Shown here: one piece after another, positions 33,055 to 43,879 of the stretch
How positions within the stretch are numbered: position 1 is the first letter of the stretch
How the letters are laid out: each line of letters starts with the position of its first letter
NCBI GenBank assembly: GCA_048128005.1
Contig: JBEUKZ010000131.1
Span: forward strand, 310,001 to 374,000
Direction: 5' to 3'
Length of the DNA stretch: 64,000 nt
Source: Veleropilina oligotropha
Lineage: Eukaryota
Position numbers and translations under genes: made by a program
Notes under the pieces: model-generated
Databases searched by the model: none
Told to the model about the DNA's origin: nothing
What the model saw: only the letters and a program-made list of their open reading frames with translations

Positions 33055-35128
33055 GGCTGCCGGCATTCGCGACGGCCCCAGTTGCCCGCTCCCGCCGGTG
33101 GGAGCGTGCCTGTTAGCACACAGCCAGCCCTGGCTAGAGCTGACAGACAGCAACTGGGTCCACTTAGTCGTGAGTGCCGGATACAAGTTGGCATTCAACC
33201 GGCATCCGACCCTAACCGAGGCACCACCAACAAGACACGCTCGCCTCCTAAACGGAGAAAAACAAGCGGTCTTAGACCAGGCAGTGCGGGATTTGCTCCT
33301 AAAAAGAGCGATATATCCCGCGCCGCCCAGCACACCAGGATTTTACAGCCATTTCTTCCTGGTCCCGAAACCCGATGGCCGCTGGAGACCGATCCTCGAT
33401 CTCTCGTACCTAAACCTATATCTTCGTACCGAGAAATTCCAGCAAGAAACCCTCTCGAAGATTCGAGCGGCCATCCGTCCGGGCGACTGGGCAGCGTCTA
33501 TCGATCTCGCCGACGCGTATCTGCATGTCCCGATGCATATCACGGCTCATCAGTACCTTCGGTTTATACACGGGGAGACGATCTACCAATTCAGGTGCCT
33601 ACCGTTCGGTCTATCGTCAGCCCCGTACGTCTTCACGAGAACAGTACAGGCCCTGGGGGCCTTCCTACACTCTCTAGGGCACAGGGTACATATGTACCTC
33701 GACGACTGGCTGATCCTCGGGGCGTCCCGAGATCTGTGCCTCCGGTCTACGAGCTTTACCCTGTCATCGACGAAGCGCCTGGGATTTCAGATCAACGAGA
33801 CAAAATCCTGCTTCGTGCCCTCGACGACGTTTACGTTCCTCGGAGTCGACTTCGATACGGTCCGGTACACCGCGAAGCCGACCCAGAAGCGTATGCGGAA
33901 CCTACGCGCGGTTATCCAAGACACCCTGTCATCGGACATAACTACGGCGCGACAACTGGCCACTGTCCTGGGGCACATCGAGTCGGTAGCGCCCCTGCTA
34001 CCGACGGGTCGCATGGACAAAAGACCGTTACAACAGGCTTTCAGGGATCGCTGGATACAACGGACGGGGCAGTGGAAGGATCGCATCGATCTACGGCATT
34101 GGTTTACCGACACGACAGCAGTGTGGTTGAACCCCGCTTTGCCGGACCAGTCGGTTCCTATATCCCCACCAGAGCCGAACGCTTACCTGTTCACAGACGC
34201 TTCGAACGACGGCTGGGGTGGTCACCTCGACAGTTACGAGACATCAGGCCTATGGCCGACAGACCTTCAGGGACGACATATCAACTTCCTAGAGTTAGAA
34301 GCCGTCTTCCTGTCAGTACGGTCCCTCTCGTCACATCTCCGCAACAAGCATATAATGCTCGCCACGGACAACACGACTGTCGTCGCTTACATACAGCACC
34401 AGGGCGGTACACGCTCGCGTCCCCTATGCGACCGAGCAATAGACCTACACCGCTTAGTGATGTCCCTCAACTCGACGATTCGAGCCCGACACATCCCGGG
34501 AAAGCTGAATGTCAGAGCGGATTCGCTCTCTCGGAGATCACAGATAATACACACAGAGTGGACGCTACACAGCCGAGTAGCTCGGGATGTTTGCCGCCGG
34601 TGGTCGCAACCCCAAGTCGACTTGTTTGCAACAGAATTCAATTACCGACTACCTCTGTATGTCTCCCCGTACCCAGACCCGGCCGCCCTGGCGGTCGACG
34701 CAATGTCAATGACATGGGAGAATCTGTCCGCGTATGCCTTCCCCCCGACGTGCATTCTATCACTGGTATTACAGAAGGCAGCGACCGAACGTTGCGAGAT
34801 AACGCTAATAGCGCCCCTTTATCGCACGCAACCTTGGTTTCCGACCCTCCTCGATCTGATCGTCGATCGACCGTTAGCGTTACCGCAGAAACTAGACCTG
34901 TTAATGCAACCACGCACCCGTGTACTCCACGAGTCGCCGAACCACTTACGTTTACACGCCTGGCGGTTATCGAACGATCCCTTGCTAAGAAAGGATTTTC
35001 TAAAGCTACAGCCTTACGTATCTATCGATCGAGAAGGATTTCCACTACAAAAGTCTATGACTACCGATGGGTTAAGTACGTGGATTGGTGTCACAGCAGG
35101 CAGATCAATATACTCCGTCCCCCTGTGA
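33053..35128 (+). CDS. pol: DIRS Pol RT-RNase H-MT (start placed at the inferred +1 shift)
   Basis: YLDD, FTDAS, TDNTT, VDLFAT, YAFPP motifs; colinear with element 1 pol. Confidence 0.93.
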   Translation, partial: RAAGIRDGPSCPLPPVGACLLAHSQPWLELTDSNWVHLVVSAGYKLAFNRHPTLTEAPPTRHARLLNGEKQAVLDQAVRDLLLKRAIYPAPPSTPGFYSHFFLVPKPDGRWRPILDLSYLNLYLRTEKFQQETLSKIRAAIRPGDWAASIDLADAYLHVPMHITAHQYLRFIHGETIYQFRCLPFGLSSAPYVFTRTVQALGAFLHSLGHRVHMYLDDWLILGASRDLCLRSTSFTLSSTKRLGFQINETKSCFVPSTTFTFLGVDFDTVRYTAKPTQKRMRNLRAVIQDTLSSDITTARQLATVLGHIESVAPLLPTGRMDKRPLQQAFRDRWIQRTGQWKDRIDLRHWFTDTTAVWLNPALPDQSVPISPPEPNAYLFTDASNDGWGGHLDSYETSGLWPTDLQGRHINFLELEAVFLSVRSLSSHLRNKHIMLATDNTTVVAYIQHQGGTRSRPLCDRAIDLHRLVMSLNSTIRARHIPGKLNVRADSLSRRSQIIHTEWTLHSRVARDVCRRWSQPQVDLFATEFNYRLPLYVSPYPDPAALAVDAMSMTWENLSAYAFPPTCILSLVLQKAATERCEITLIAPLYRTQPWFPTLLDLIVDRPLALPQKLDLLMQPRTRVLHESPNHLRLHAWRLSNDPLLRKDFLKLQPYVSIDREGFPLQKSMTTDGLSTWIGVTAGRSIYSVPL

Positions 35129-36039
35129 ACAAGTTTATCGAGTTTTTATCGTCGCTCTTCGACCGCGGTATGTCAGTGTCCGCCGTCAAAGGTTATCGGG
35201 CAACGATCGCGACCACGCTAAAGCAGTGTCGTGCCCATGCTGGCCTATCAAGCGACCGAACGATATCAGATTTTATACGATCTTATGAACTCGAGATACC
35301 GACCCGAAGAATTAAGCCACCTGCTTGGAATATCGTACTTATTCTTAACGCATTACTCTTACCACCGTATGAGCCGATGTCCGAGATAACCATGAGGAAC
35401 TTGACGCACAAAACAGTTTTTCTGATCGCCTTAGCGTCGGGCAGGCGTTGTTCCGAGATTCATGCTTTCTCCTCCGAGCTAAGAGACATACGATTCCAGT
35501 CAGACGGGTCGGTGATATTGCGTCCCATTCTGGGCTTCTTAGCCAAGAACCAGCGGCCGAACGAGGACGCACCCGAGGTTGTTATTCCCAAGCTAACGCT
35601 AGTCGGAAGGCGCGACGCAGACCGCTTCAATTGCCCGGTCCGGGCGCTTCGATTCTACCTAGACAGAACCCGTGAGTTGCGACAGGGAAAATTACGTTTA
35701 TTCATTTCGTATTTGCCCACCTACACCCGCGACATTACGAGGACTACTGTTTCGCGGTGGATTTCACAAACTGTGAGAGATGTTTACATCCGTTGTGATG
35801 ACGACGACCGAACTATTTTATCGGTCCGCGCACATGAGGTCCGGGCCATTGCAGCGTCTGTAGCCTTCCGCCATAATCTAAATATCAATGCGTTACTACA
35901 GGCCGGATATTGGAAAAACGCTAACGTGTTTGTCAAACATTATCTGCGCGACTACTCAACCGGGGCTGATGGCCTAAGCAGTTTGCACTGTGTTGCTGCT
36001 CAACGGGTTATTGTTAGACCGAGGTCTTCTAATCAGTAA
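33055..36039 (+). CDS. DIRS tyrosine recombinase ORF overlapping pol
   Basis: SGRRCSEI, AKNQ, HEVR, AGYW, FVKHY; in frame with gag behind one TAG. Confidence 0.9.
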   Translation, partial: GCRHSRRPQLPAPAGGSVPVSTQPALARADRQQLGPLSRECRIQVGIQPASDPNRGTTNKTRSPPKRRKTSGLRPGSAGFAPKKSDISRAAQHTRILQPFLPGPETRWPLETDPRSLVPKPISSYREIPARNPLEDSSGHPSGRLGSVYRSRRRVSACPDAYHGSSVPSVYTRGDDLPIQVPTVRSIVSPVRLHENSTGPGGLPTLSRAQGTYVPRRLADPRGVPRSVPPVYELYPVIDEAPGISDQRDKILLRALDDVYVPRSRLRYGPVHREADPEAYAEPTRGYPRHPVIGHNYGATTGHCPGAHRVGSAPATDGSHGQKTVTTGFQGSLDTTDGAVEGSHRSTALVYRHDSSVVEPRFAGPVGSYIPTRAERLPVHRRFERRLGWSPRQLRDIRPMADRPSGTTYQLPRVRSRLPVSTVPLVTSPQQAYNARHGQHDCRRLHTAPGRYTLASPMRPSNRPTPLSDVPQLDDSSPTHPGKAECQSGFALSEITDNTHRVDATQPSSSGCLPPVVATPSRLVCNRIQLPTTSVCLPVPRPGRPGGRRNVNDMGESVRVCLPPDVHSITGITEGSDRTLRDNANSAPLSHATLVSDPPRSDRRSTVSVTAETRPVNATTHPCTPRVAEPLTFTRLAVIERSLAKKGFSKATALRIYRSRRISTTKVYDYRWVKYVDWCHSRQINILRPPVNKFIEFLSSLFDRGMSVSAVKGYRATIATTLKQCRAHAGLSSDRTISDFIRSYELEIPTRRIKPPAWNIVLILNALLLPPYEPMSEITMRNLTHKTVFLIALASGRRCSEIHAFSSELRDIRFQSDGSVILRPILGFLAKNQRPNEDAPEVVIPKLTLVGRRDADRFNCPVRALRFYLDRTRELRQGKLRLFISYLPTYTRDITRTTVSRWISQTVRDVYIRCDDDDRTILSVRAHEVRAIAASVAFRHNLNINALLQAGYWKNANVFVKHYLRDYSTGADGLSSLHCVAAQRVIVRPRSSNQ

Positions 36040-36522
36040 GTAGCCTATTGTTCTCTGATTGATCATTTGCATATTTACTGACGCCATTTTATTTTCGTTG
36101 GCCAAACGGTGCTATGTAATTAACACCTATGGGGCAGTTCAATGTCTGTTCATTTCTTAAATCTAATTTAAGATTTTGTACTTCTCATGTCAGACTGAGT
36201 GTTGACATAAGCCAGATCACATTGAATTTAATAAAACAACTTTGATAATTTTGCACAAATCTTAAAAAGATTAGGGTTCAATATTATTATGTTCTTTGCT
36301 GTAATCGAACATACGATGTTCAATACATTTAAAATGTTGATTCCTTAACATTTATTTTTAAGTAACATGTCGAACATTTTTGCTTCCTTAAAATTTATTT
36401 TAAGTGACATGTCGTCCATGTTAGCGTTCGCAAGTTGGTCATGCGAACTACTTATTAATATCGATTATTATATAATCTATTAATTCTTTGCTTTTGATTT
36501 TAAAGCTTTCACAACCTGTTAG

Positions 36523-36819
36523 GTTCCGTGTGCTTACAAATCCGACTGCATCCTCTGGCTACCGGCCTATAGGCCCGGAGTCCCATTTGGCTGCCACTGG
36601 TCCATGACACGTAAGACCTACAGGGATTTATCCTTCCGGCCGTGCCAGGGGCTGATTGCACTTCCGTTCACCTCGTCCGACTAACACCACGGCGTATCCT
36701 CCCGGTAACACTGGTCGAAATTCTCGCCTGGTAAGAGTAGAATATAATACTCAGTAAAAATTCCACTCTAGGCGGACACACTCGACGCTTCATGCTGATC
36801 GAATTGGTGAAAAGTAAGT
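36523..36819 (+). ncRNA. Candidate conserved structured cis-RNA element of DIRS element 2
   Basis: Homologous to 6869-7165, with compensatory changes. Confidence 0.55.
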
Positions 36820-36877
36820 CATTATCTTGTTTGGGTTTGTTGTAAGGAACGTCTTACCCACCTATCCAAGGTTATTC

Positions 36878-36968
36878 TGGCAAGAGTAAGGACGTAAGTA
36901 TGTTTGTAACTATATATGAGGTTTTAATGTAAACCTAATATTAGTATAAAACATACTTACGTCCTTAC
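36878..36968 (+). repeat. DIRS element 2 ICR
   Basis: Reverse complement of the joined right and left termini. Confidence 0.95.
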
Positions 36969-37028
36969 ACGATTACCCACCCTGCGTTTCGCATTCCTCC
37001 CCTCTACTACGTTCCTTTGTGGTTTTTG

Positions 37029-37269
37029 AACTTTGAATTGATGTCATGTGACTTCTATTGTTCAGAAGTCTCACGAGACTTGGCGAAGTCTCGCTAGGGA
37101 ACGTGGGGGGTAGGAGCAGGGGAGGTAACCGTGTGCTTTTTTGGCTTATAACGGTGCATTATGGGACATATTCACCATTTCCGGTTTGGGCGATAATATA
37201 CTATTATGGCAAGAGTAAGGACGTAAGTATGTTTTATACTAATATTAGGTTTACATTAAAACCTCATAT
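37029..37269 (+). repeat. DIRS element 2 right ITR plus right extension
   Basis: Mirror of the left ITR; extension matched by the ICR. Confidence 0.95.
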
Positions 37270-37279
37270 TTCATTGTAG

Positions 37280-37391
37280 ATGGAGAGGCACCATCTGTTA
37301 TTGAAGAAGTACCCGACGTCTGTGTTCTGCTCGACGAAACAGCACTGCTGGAGTGCAAGATCACCGGAGACCCCGTTCCCACTGTCGTATG
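37280..37391 (+). CDS. Titin-like exon, Ig domain 16 N-half (not in the ORF track)
   Basis: ttgtag acceptor; GEAPSVIEEVPDVCVLLDETALLECKITGDPVPTVVW; 112 nt, phase 1-2. Confidence 0.88.
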
Positions 37392-37496
37392 GTATGGATA
37401 CCGCTACTTTGTTTCATGATTTATATTTCTGAAAATATTTTGATATCAGATTTGTAAAAGATAATGTAAATTTGATGTTTATTGCTATATAATTTT

Positions 37497-38109
37497 TAGC
37501 TCCGCTTTGACGTAGTCAGCGGAGCTTTACTGATACCGCTTTGTCTGGCTTCCGTCGTCAACTTTTGACTTGAAGTGTGAATATCTTGAAAACTGTCTGA
37601 TAACTTTTTTTCTACTTTGGCAGGAGCCTTCTTTATAATGTTCTGAACATATCCTGAAATTTTTAGAAAATTCTACGCCGAAGTTTTTCTGAAATTTACA
37701 TTTTTGGACTTAGAAAATCCACTTTTGCATCAAGTTTTGACTTCAAATGTGAATAACTGCGAAGCTGTCTGATATTTTTTTTGTTTAATTGGCGTGAGCC
37801 TGCCTTATTATGTGTTTAACTTATCCTGTGAATATTAGAAAAATGTATGAGTTTTGCTGAAATTTGGAATTTGGACTTTGTCAAGACAGCTAGCCTGCAT
37901 ATCGGTATACTATTACATGGGAAAGTGCTGCTCAAATTTCTAGTTGTTGATTAGACCATTCCTCTAGACCCATTCTATATTTAGAAGCATGTCGGTAGTC
38001 TGTGTATATGCCTACTTTATCCATTCGTGCTGCCCAAATTTCTAAAGTTGTTTGACTATATTGATGAACCCTTTCCAGCGGAGCTAGATAGGTCGAGAGT
38101 CCTCTTGTT
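37497..38109 (+). mobile_element. HINE-like element
   Basis: 5' AGCTCCGCT..AGCGGAGCT hairpin, two internal repeats, 3' AGCGGAGCTA, CTTGTT end. Confidence 0.7.
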
Positions 38110-38181
38110 ATTTAATGTTATTGTCCGATATTATATTCAAAATAATATTTAGCTATATCAAAAACTTTTTTCATTTTCAAG

Positions 38182-38354
38182 GTTTAAAGACCAGCGTCAA
38201 TTATCAGAGACCAAGAAGTATGACATGTTTTATCAGGACACCCTGGCATCACTGTCTATTCGTGGTGTTGTGGAGAAAGACTCCGGAACGTACAGATGTG
38301 AGGCCTCAAATGACCTCGGGTCAGTGGCTACCAGCGGACAGCTGGACATCCAAG
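38182..38354 (+). CDS. Titin-like exon, Ig domain 16 C-half
   Basis: 173 nt, phase 2-1, DSGTYRC. Confidence 0.88.
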
Positions 38355-38632
38355 GTGAGTTAAACGTACTTTGCCTGTACCTTATTGGTAACGACAGTCC
38401 GTCTTTGCTCAGAATATAGTATATACTAAATCTAAGGATATAAACAAGTGGTGCAGGGTTTCTGGGACAACCAGATTAACAGACCGACAGATTATATTGT
38501 TTAATAATGAAAATGTATTCTGTTAAATATGATAGAGACTTTACTTCTTTAATAAATGCATTGTAAATTATAATTTATATAATTTAATGATAACAAAATA
38601 ATATAATTTTGATTTTGTATTTGTATTTTTAG

Positions 38633-38920
38633 CACATCCAACTCTGGATTTTGACAACAAATTCCAAGACATGATCAGCCTCCATGCTGGAACAAACTTG
38701 AGAATCCCCGTGAAAGTGTCTGGAATCCCTAAACCGACAATGACATGGGCCAAGGACAACAAACCAATGAAAGCCAGCAACAGACTCTCCATGGATACAA
38801 TTGACGTGACAACGACCTTGGGCATAAAGAAGGTCACGAGGGAAGATGATGGTTTATACAGTTTAACTGCCATTAATGAAGTTGGTGAAAAGAAAGCCAG
38901 TTTTGATGTGGAAGTGATCG
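38633..38920 (+). CDS. Titin-like exon, Ig domain 17
   Basis: AG/GT bounded, 288 nt. Confidence 0.9.
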
Positions 38921-39266
38921 GTAAGATTTCTTTATTTGTACTATATGGTGATCTCAAAGTTATTTGTAGATATTAATGTATTATGGACAAGTATAAGCAT
39001 TGACCTAAATGGATATGGTGCACAAAGGTCTTCCAAATAATTCTGCTGAAAGTTATAGTTTTTTTATTACAACCAACATTATGTTATGATAGAATATTTT
39101 CACATCTAAATTATACAGCTAATATTTTAGTTTTGAGACAATTACCTTAATTTTGTTATTTTGTATTTAAATGGGAAAAGCCTGAATTCACAAACAGAAT
39201 TATTTACTTACGTTTGTGGTATGCTAAAACATTCTGCAGCAGGTGACCATGTTGTAATTATTTCAG

Positions 39267-39572
39267 ATGTACCGGACTCTCCGGATGGACCATTGACCGT
39301 GACCGATTTGACCAGAGACTCGCTGACTCTCCACTGGATGCCGCCCAAAGATGATGGTGGCGCCGACATCAAGTCGTACATCGTCGAGCGACGCGACGCT
39401 AAGCGCACAATGTGGACCAAAGCGGGCAGCATTGAGGGTAACGTGACCTCGCTCAAGGTCATCGGGCTGGTCGAAGGCAACGAGTACCTGTTCCGGGTAT
39501 CTGCGGAAAACGAAGTCGGAATTTCAGAACCGCTTCAGATGGAAAAGGGAGTGACTCCAGAGAGTCCATTTG
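39267..39572 (+). CDS. Titin-like exon, FN3 run 1 (a-like)
   Basis: AG/GT bounded, 306 nt. Confidence 0.9.
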
Positions 39573-40725
39573 GTACGTGGAGCAATACTGAGAGATGATG
39601 ATTGCAATATGCATGCTGCGTCTTTTGGCATGAAGTGGTACCTTAATAATGTAACTGCTCCGGTAGCCCAACGAATGGGAGTGCGGGCTCTGAATTCATA
39701 CATGACTTCTCTGTCTAACTGGCTTGTTCGAACCTCAGCTGGATATTCTTTGTTCCGTTGCCAGTCAGAGGTGTCCATAACTGTCTTAAGTGGGGGGGGG
39801 GGATTTCCAGATCACCGGGATTTCCTCCAGTGATTATATGGACCTGGTGTGAACCTGAAGTTATAGACAGTTGAAATGGGATAGCATCGATCCAAGCCAA
39901 ACTACAGGTAATGGTGGGGTATAAAATATGAATGTCATTAGAAGCCCACGAAGCATGCGACTTTTAGCTATTGTACTCATGGTCATTTGTTTGTTTTGAG
40001 CAAGTTCATCATAATCGTTATGTTAACCATGTCACAACCACGTCTGCATTTAATATGTCGATATTTTTTTATTCATCAATATACAGACAATAACATTTAT
40101 AAATGTTATATAATGTCATTTTATATATTAATGATATTTTACTGCATCTGGTTTTGACATGGTTATGTTTTAGTATTAATCAATAATTGTTGCTTGCCAC
40201 TTAATGAAATCTTGTGGTGATAATATAATTATATTAATGAGAATGCATTGTTTTATTGTTTTTAGGTAGACTGCATCAACTAATATATTCTTTACCTAAT
40301 AGAATGTTTTCAGAGATAATTATTTGTAGTTTGTTTTAATAAATGCTGCATTTTGCGTGTGGATTTTTACATCGGTGTGTTGAGCATGAACAGTTGCTAA
40401 TCACCAGAACAAAGACGATGGTAAGTTGTTTGGCAATTGTCTAATATTAACCATTAGAGTGAATTTGTAATATGTATGAAGACATCCATGTCACAAGAAC
40501 AACATATAGTACATCACACTACTTGTCGTTCCTGTAAAATATATCTGATATATTTATAATTTCATGTGGACATTGTCACATATATATTCCACACTTCAAG
40601 GATTACAGTTGACATATCTCTTTTCAATTGTTTTGATCCAAGATGAACATAATTCAATGATAAACACTTGTTAGCCTTCATTCAGAGCCTCCATTCATTT
40701 ATATTTAATCTGTCACTGCATATAG

Positions 40726-41031
40726 GTAAACCATCAGCCCCTGGTGGACCGTTTGTGTTTTCCAACATCAAAGAGGATGGAGTGACTGTTGCATGGCAAC
40801 CACCTGCTTCTGATGGCGGTTCCCCTCTCACTAACTATGTTCTTGAAAGACGCGATGCACGCAAGCAACAATACACGAAGGTGGCAACTGTTGACTCGAA
40901 AACCCTGATCTACGACGTCAAGAAACTCATCGAAGATACACCATATTTATTCCGAGTATCTGCTGTCAACGAGGAAGGACAAGGTCCTCCATTGGACTCT
41001 GAAGATTCTATTGTTCCACAAAGACCTGCTG
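40726..41031 (+). CDS. Titin-like exon, FN3 run 2
   Basis: AG/GT bounded, 306 nt. Confidence 0.9.
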
Positions 41032-41173
41032 GTAAGAAAGAAAAGATGGTGATTGAGACATTTTAATGCTTATTAAGTTCTGTTACATGTTGGGCAGGTT
41101 GCATATATTGGCAATCACGATAACTATCCGAGATTTGCGCATTTTAATCTGACGCGATGCTGAATATTGCAGG

Positions 41174-41375
41174 CGGTCACTTCGACAGTACAGTGGTATG
41201 GTTGTGCATCACACATTTGTTCAAGTTATGAATCACAGTTGTCCGTGACTGGTCGAAGAAGGCGGGTTTACCCGGGCGACCAGGCTTTCCTGCCGCTATA
41301 ATACGGACATGTCCTGGTTTGAACCAAATGATGGCTGAAAATACACAGGACATTAAGCATCGATCCTTTCCTTTC
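41174..41375 (+). mobile_element. SINE copy, internally deleted
   Basis: Matches the 3' two-thirds of 19886-20149; 14-bp TSD CTGAATATTGCAGG. Confidence 0.8.
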
Positions 41376-41633
41376 CTGAATATTGCAGGAGGTTATTCAT
41401 ATATTTGTTTGTAATGCTGATGGACACTATTAACACTGAAATGGTTATGTGGCTATAATTGCTCACCATGTCAATTCTTAGACCGTATTTTTCAAAGAAT
41501 ATTGATCAATTTAGAAGGTATCCTATTGTGATTCTTATTTGTAAAGTCAGAAGATTATATTTCAATACTCGGGTTGAGTCAATTCTGCTATTAAAGTATT
41601 TGACTTATGGCAGTTTTATTCTTTTCATCTCAG

Positions 41634-41933
41634 AAGTCCCTGGTAAGCCTGTTGGACCTCTTAAGATCTTGAATATCCTCGCTGATTCTGTGCAGCTGGC
41701 GTGGTTACCTCCAAAGAAAGATGGCGGCTCCAAAGTGACTGGATACACGGTGGAAATATCTGAAGATAGCAACACCTGGAAAACCCTGGACAATGTTGAT
41801 GCAAAGGTGACAAAATACCAGCCATCCGGACTGCGTACTGGACAGGAATACCTGTTCCATGTGTCTGCGGTTAACAGTGTCGGTCCAGGAGAACCCCTGA
41901 TGTCTGAGACCGTCATTCCTGCGAGGCCAGTGG
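41634..41933 (+). CDS. Titin-like exon, FN3 run 3
   Basis: AG/GT bounded, 300 nt. Confidence 0.9.
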
Positions 41934-42193
41934 GTAAGAAATATACTGTTTACAATATCAATGTAACCTTATTATGCATATAATTTCAGTAATATTGTTT
42001 ACACGAAGTAACATTGTATGCATGCTAGTTTCGATAAGACAACACATCATCAGAGTATGCCTGCCTATAAGTAACGTGTAAAATCTGGTATGGATGCATG
42101 TGACCTATTTTATAAATGCAACTTGCCCATGGCAATAAATTCTATATGAATTGTAAGTTAATACAAGAAATAACCTCTATTTATACTTTTAAG

Positions 42194-42499
42194 GGAAACC
42201 GGCCATGCCAACAGGTCCGCTGGCGGTGACTGACGTTCAGCGTGAAGCAATCTCGTTGTCGTGGCAGCCACCGGCTGATGATGGAGGAAGCCTGATCCTG
42301 AACTACATCGTGGAGAAACGCGACGCCAAGAAAAACACCTGGAGCAAAGTCCAGAAGGTGCCAGCATCCACCACAGAGATCTGTGCAGCCGGGCTCTTTG
42401 AGAACACGGAATACTTCTTCCGGGTGGTAGCGGAAAACAAGGCTGGTCAGAGCGAGGCTGTTGAAACCGAATCTGCGACCATGGCCAAGAGTCCGTTTG
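42194..42499 (+). CDS. Titin-like exon, FN3 type a
   Basis: 306 nt, ends AKSPF. Confidence 0.9.
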
Positions 42500-42817
42500 G
42501 TGAGTTAATGTTTGTGATAGGTAGGTAAATTATTTGGCAATTTTTCAGTTTTATCACAGTCGGGAGTCCCGGTTTAATTAAGTCCAACATATATTGGGGA
42601 TATTCCTTCTACTCGATAGTTTCAAGCGTTAGACTAGCCACGCCGAAACAGGGGTTTGAACTCACATCTTACCATCCCACTTATCGTTTTTCCTTCCAGT
42701 TGTAACGAGGACAGTTGTTGGACATTAAAATTATAATAAGAACAATTACCTCTGTGGGACTATATGCTATAAAATACATCGCTACTCCCTATATTCTCTA
42801 ACTCCTGTATTACCTTA

Positions 42818-43468
42818 TGCCTCTCTCACACAGTGAAGAATATCCTTGCGAATATGATTGACAATTTGAAATTCATGGCAAAATGGTATGATTGGTACTG
42901 GAGTAATACTGAAAAAAATGAGGCCTTATGAATCCTTGCGAATTTCTTACGATTACTTAACAAATGCTTACGAATTCCCTTGCGAATGCTTGCGAACGCC
43001 TTACGAACAAAATGAAAGAAACGACTACACAACGGATGCGTGATAAATTGCATATAAACTCCCTGCCAATGTTTTGCTTTGTCACTTGTTCGCCAGCCAT
43101 GGCCGAGTCAAACGTTTTCTTCACATCTTCATCTTGAATCAGAAAGTAAAGTTTTAAGTTTGTTGAAAAGTCAAGACGAATGCTAGCAAATCCTTACAAA
43201 TGTCTTACGATCACTACAAATGCCTTGCCATCAATAAGAATGGCTTAATTGCGATTGTTTATGAAACTGTTGCGAAAACAATGAGAATATGCTTACCTAG
43301 CGAATTTTAGGAGCATGTTCCTAATATTCGCAACACCCCATGAACGACCATGAATGCTTACGAACACCTACGAATGTCTGACGATCACCTTGTGAGCAAT
43401 GCGAATTGGTGGCGAATTGCATTTGTAAGCCCATTCGCCACCATATTCTTCACTGTGTGCGAGAGGCA
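42818..43468. mobile_element. MITE, PIF/Harbinger-like
   Basis: TIR of about 26 bp, TGCCTCTCTCACACAGTGAAGAATAT / ATATTCTTCACTGTGTGCGAGAGGCA, flanked by TTA/TAA. Confidence 0.75.
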
Positions 43469-43573
43469 TAACCAAAGGGATATCGTTATTACACCAAGGT
43501 TATCCATATTCATTGTCATGGTTCACAATGAAGTCCTACGCCTGACATCCTGTGACCACTATTCTCTTTTCAG

Positions 43574-43879
43574 ACAAACCTTCCTCCCCTGTGGGTCCAC
43601 TCGTTATTAGCAACGTCACCGACCATTCAGCCAACTTGGAGTGGAAGCCATCAGAAAATGATGGCGGCCTTCCTCTAAAGAACTACCTCATTGAAATGCG
43701 ACCCACATCCAGATCAACTTGGTCAAAAGCCGGCAGTGTCGGACCCGATGTAACAAAATTCGTCGCCGATAAACTACAAGAAGGTACAGAGTACCTTTTC
43801 CGTGTCATCGCAGTCAACGATGAGGGACAGAGTGCACCTCTGGACGGAAAAGATACAGCAAAACCACAGAAAAAGATTG
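43574..43879 (+). CDS. Titin-like exon, FN3 type b
   Basis: 306 nt, ends AKPQKKI. Confidence 0.9.

Larger units (their letters stand above)
29796..37269 (+). mobile_element. Full-length DIRS1-like retrotransposon (element 2), intronic
   Basis: 206-bp ITRs (29809-30014, 37029-37234), ICR 36878-36968, intact ORFs, CATAT at both junctions. Confidence 0.97.

Noticed and set aside
32550..33333. Antisense ORFs within the DIRS elements and opposite the host exons
   Set aside because: Shadows of GC-rich coding sequence; boundaries are not conserved between copies and there are no recognisable motifs.
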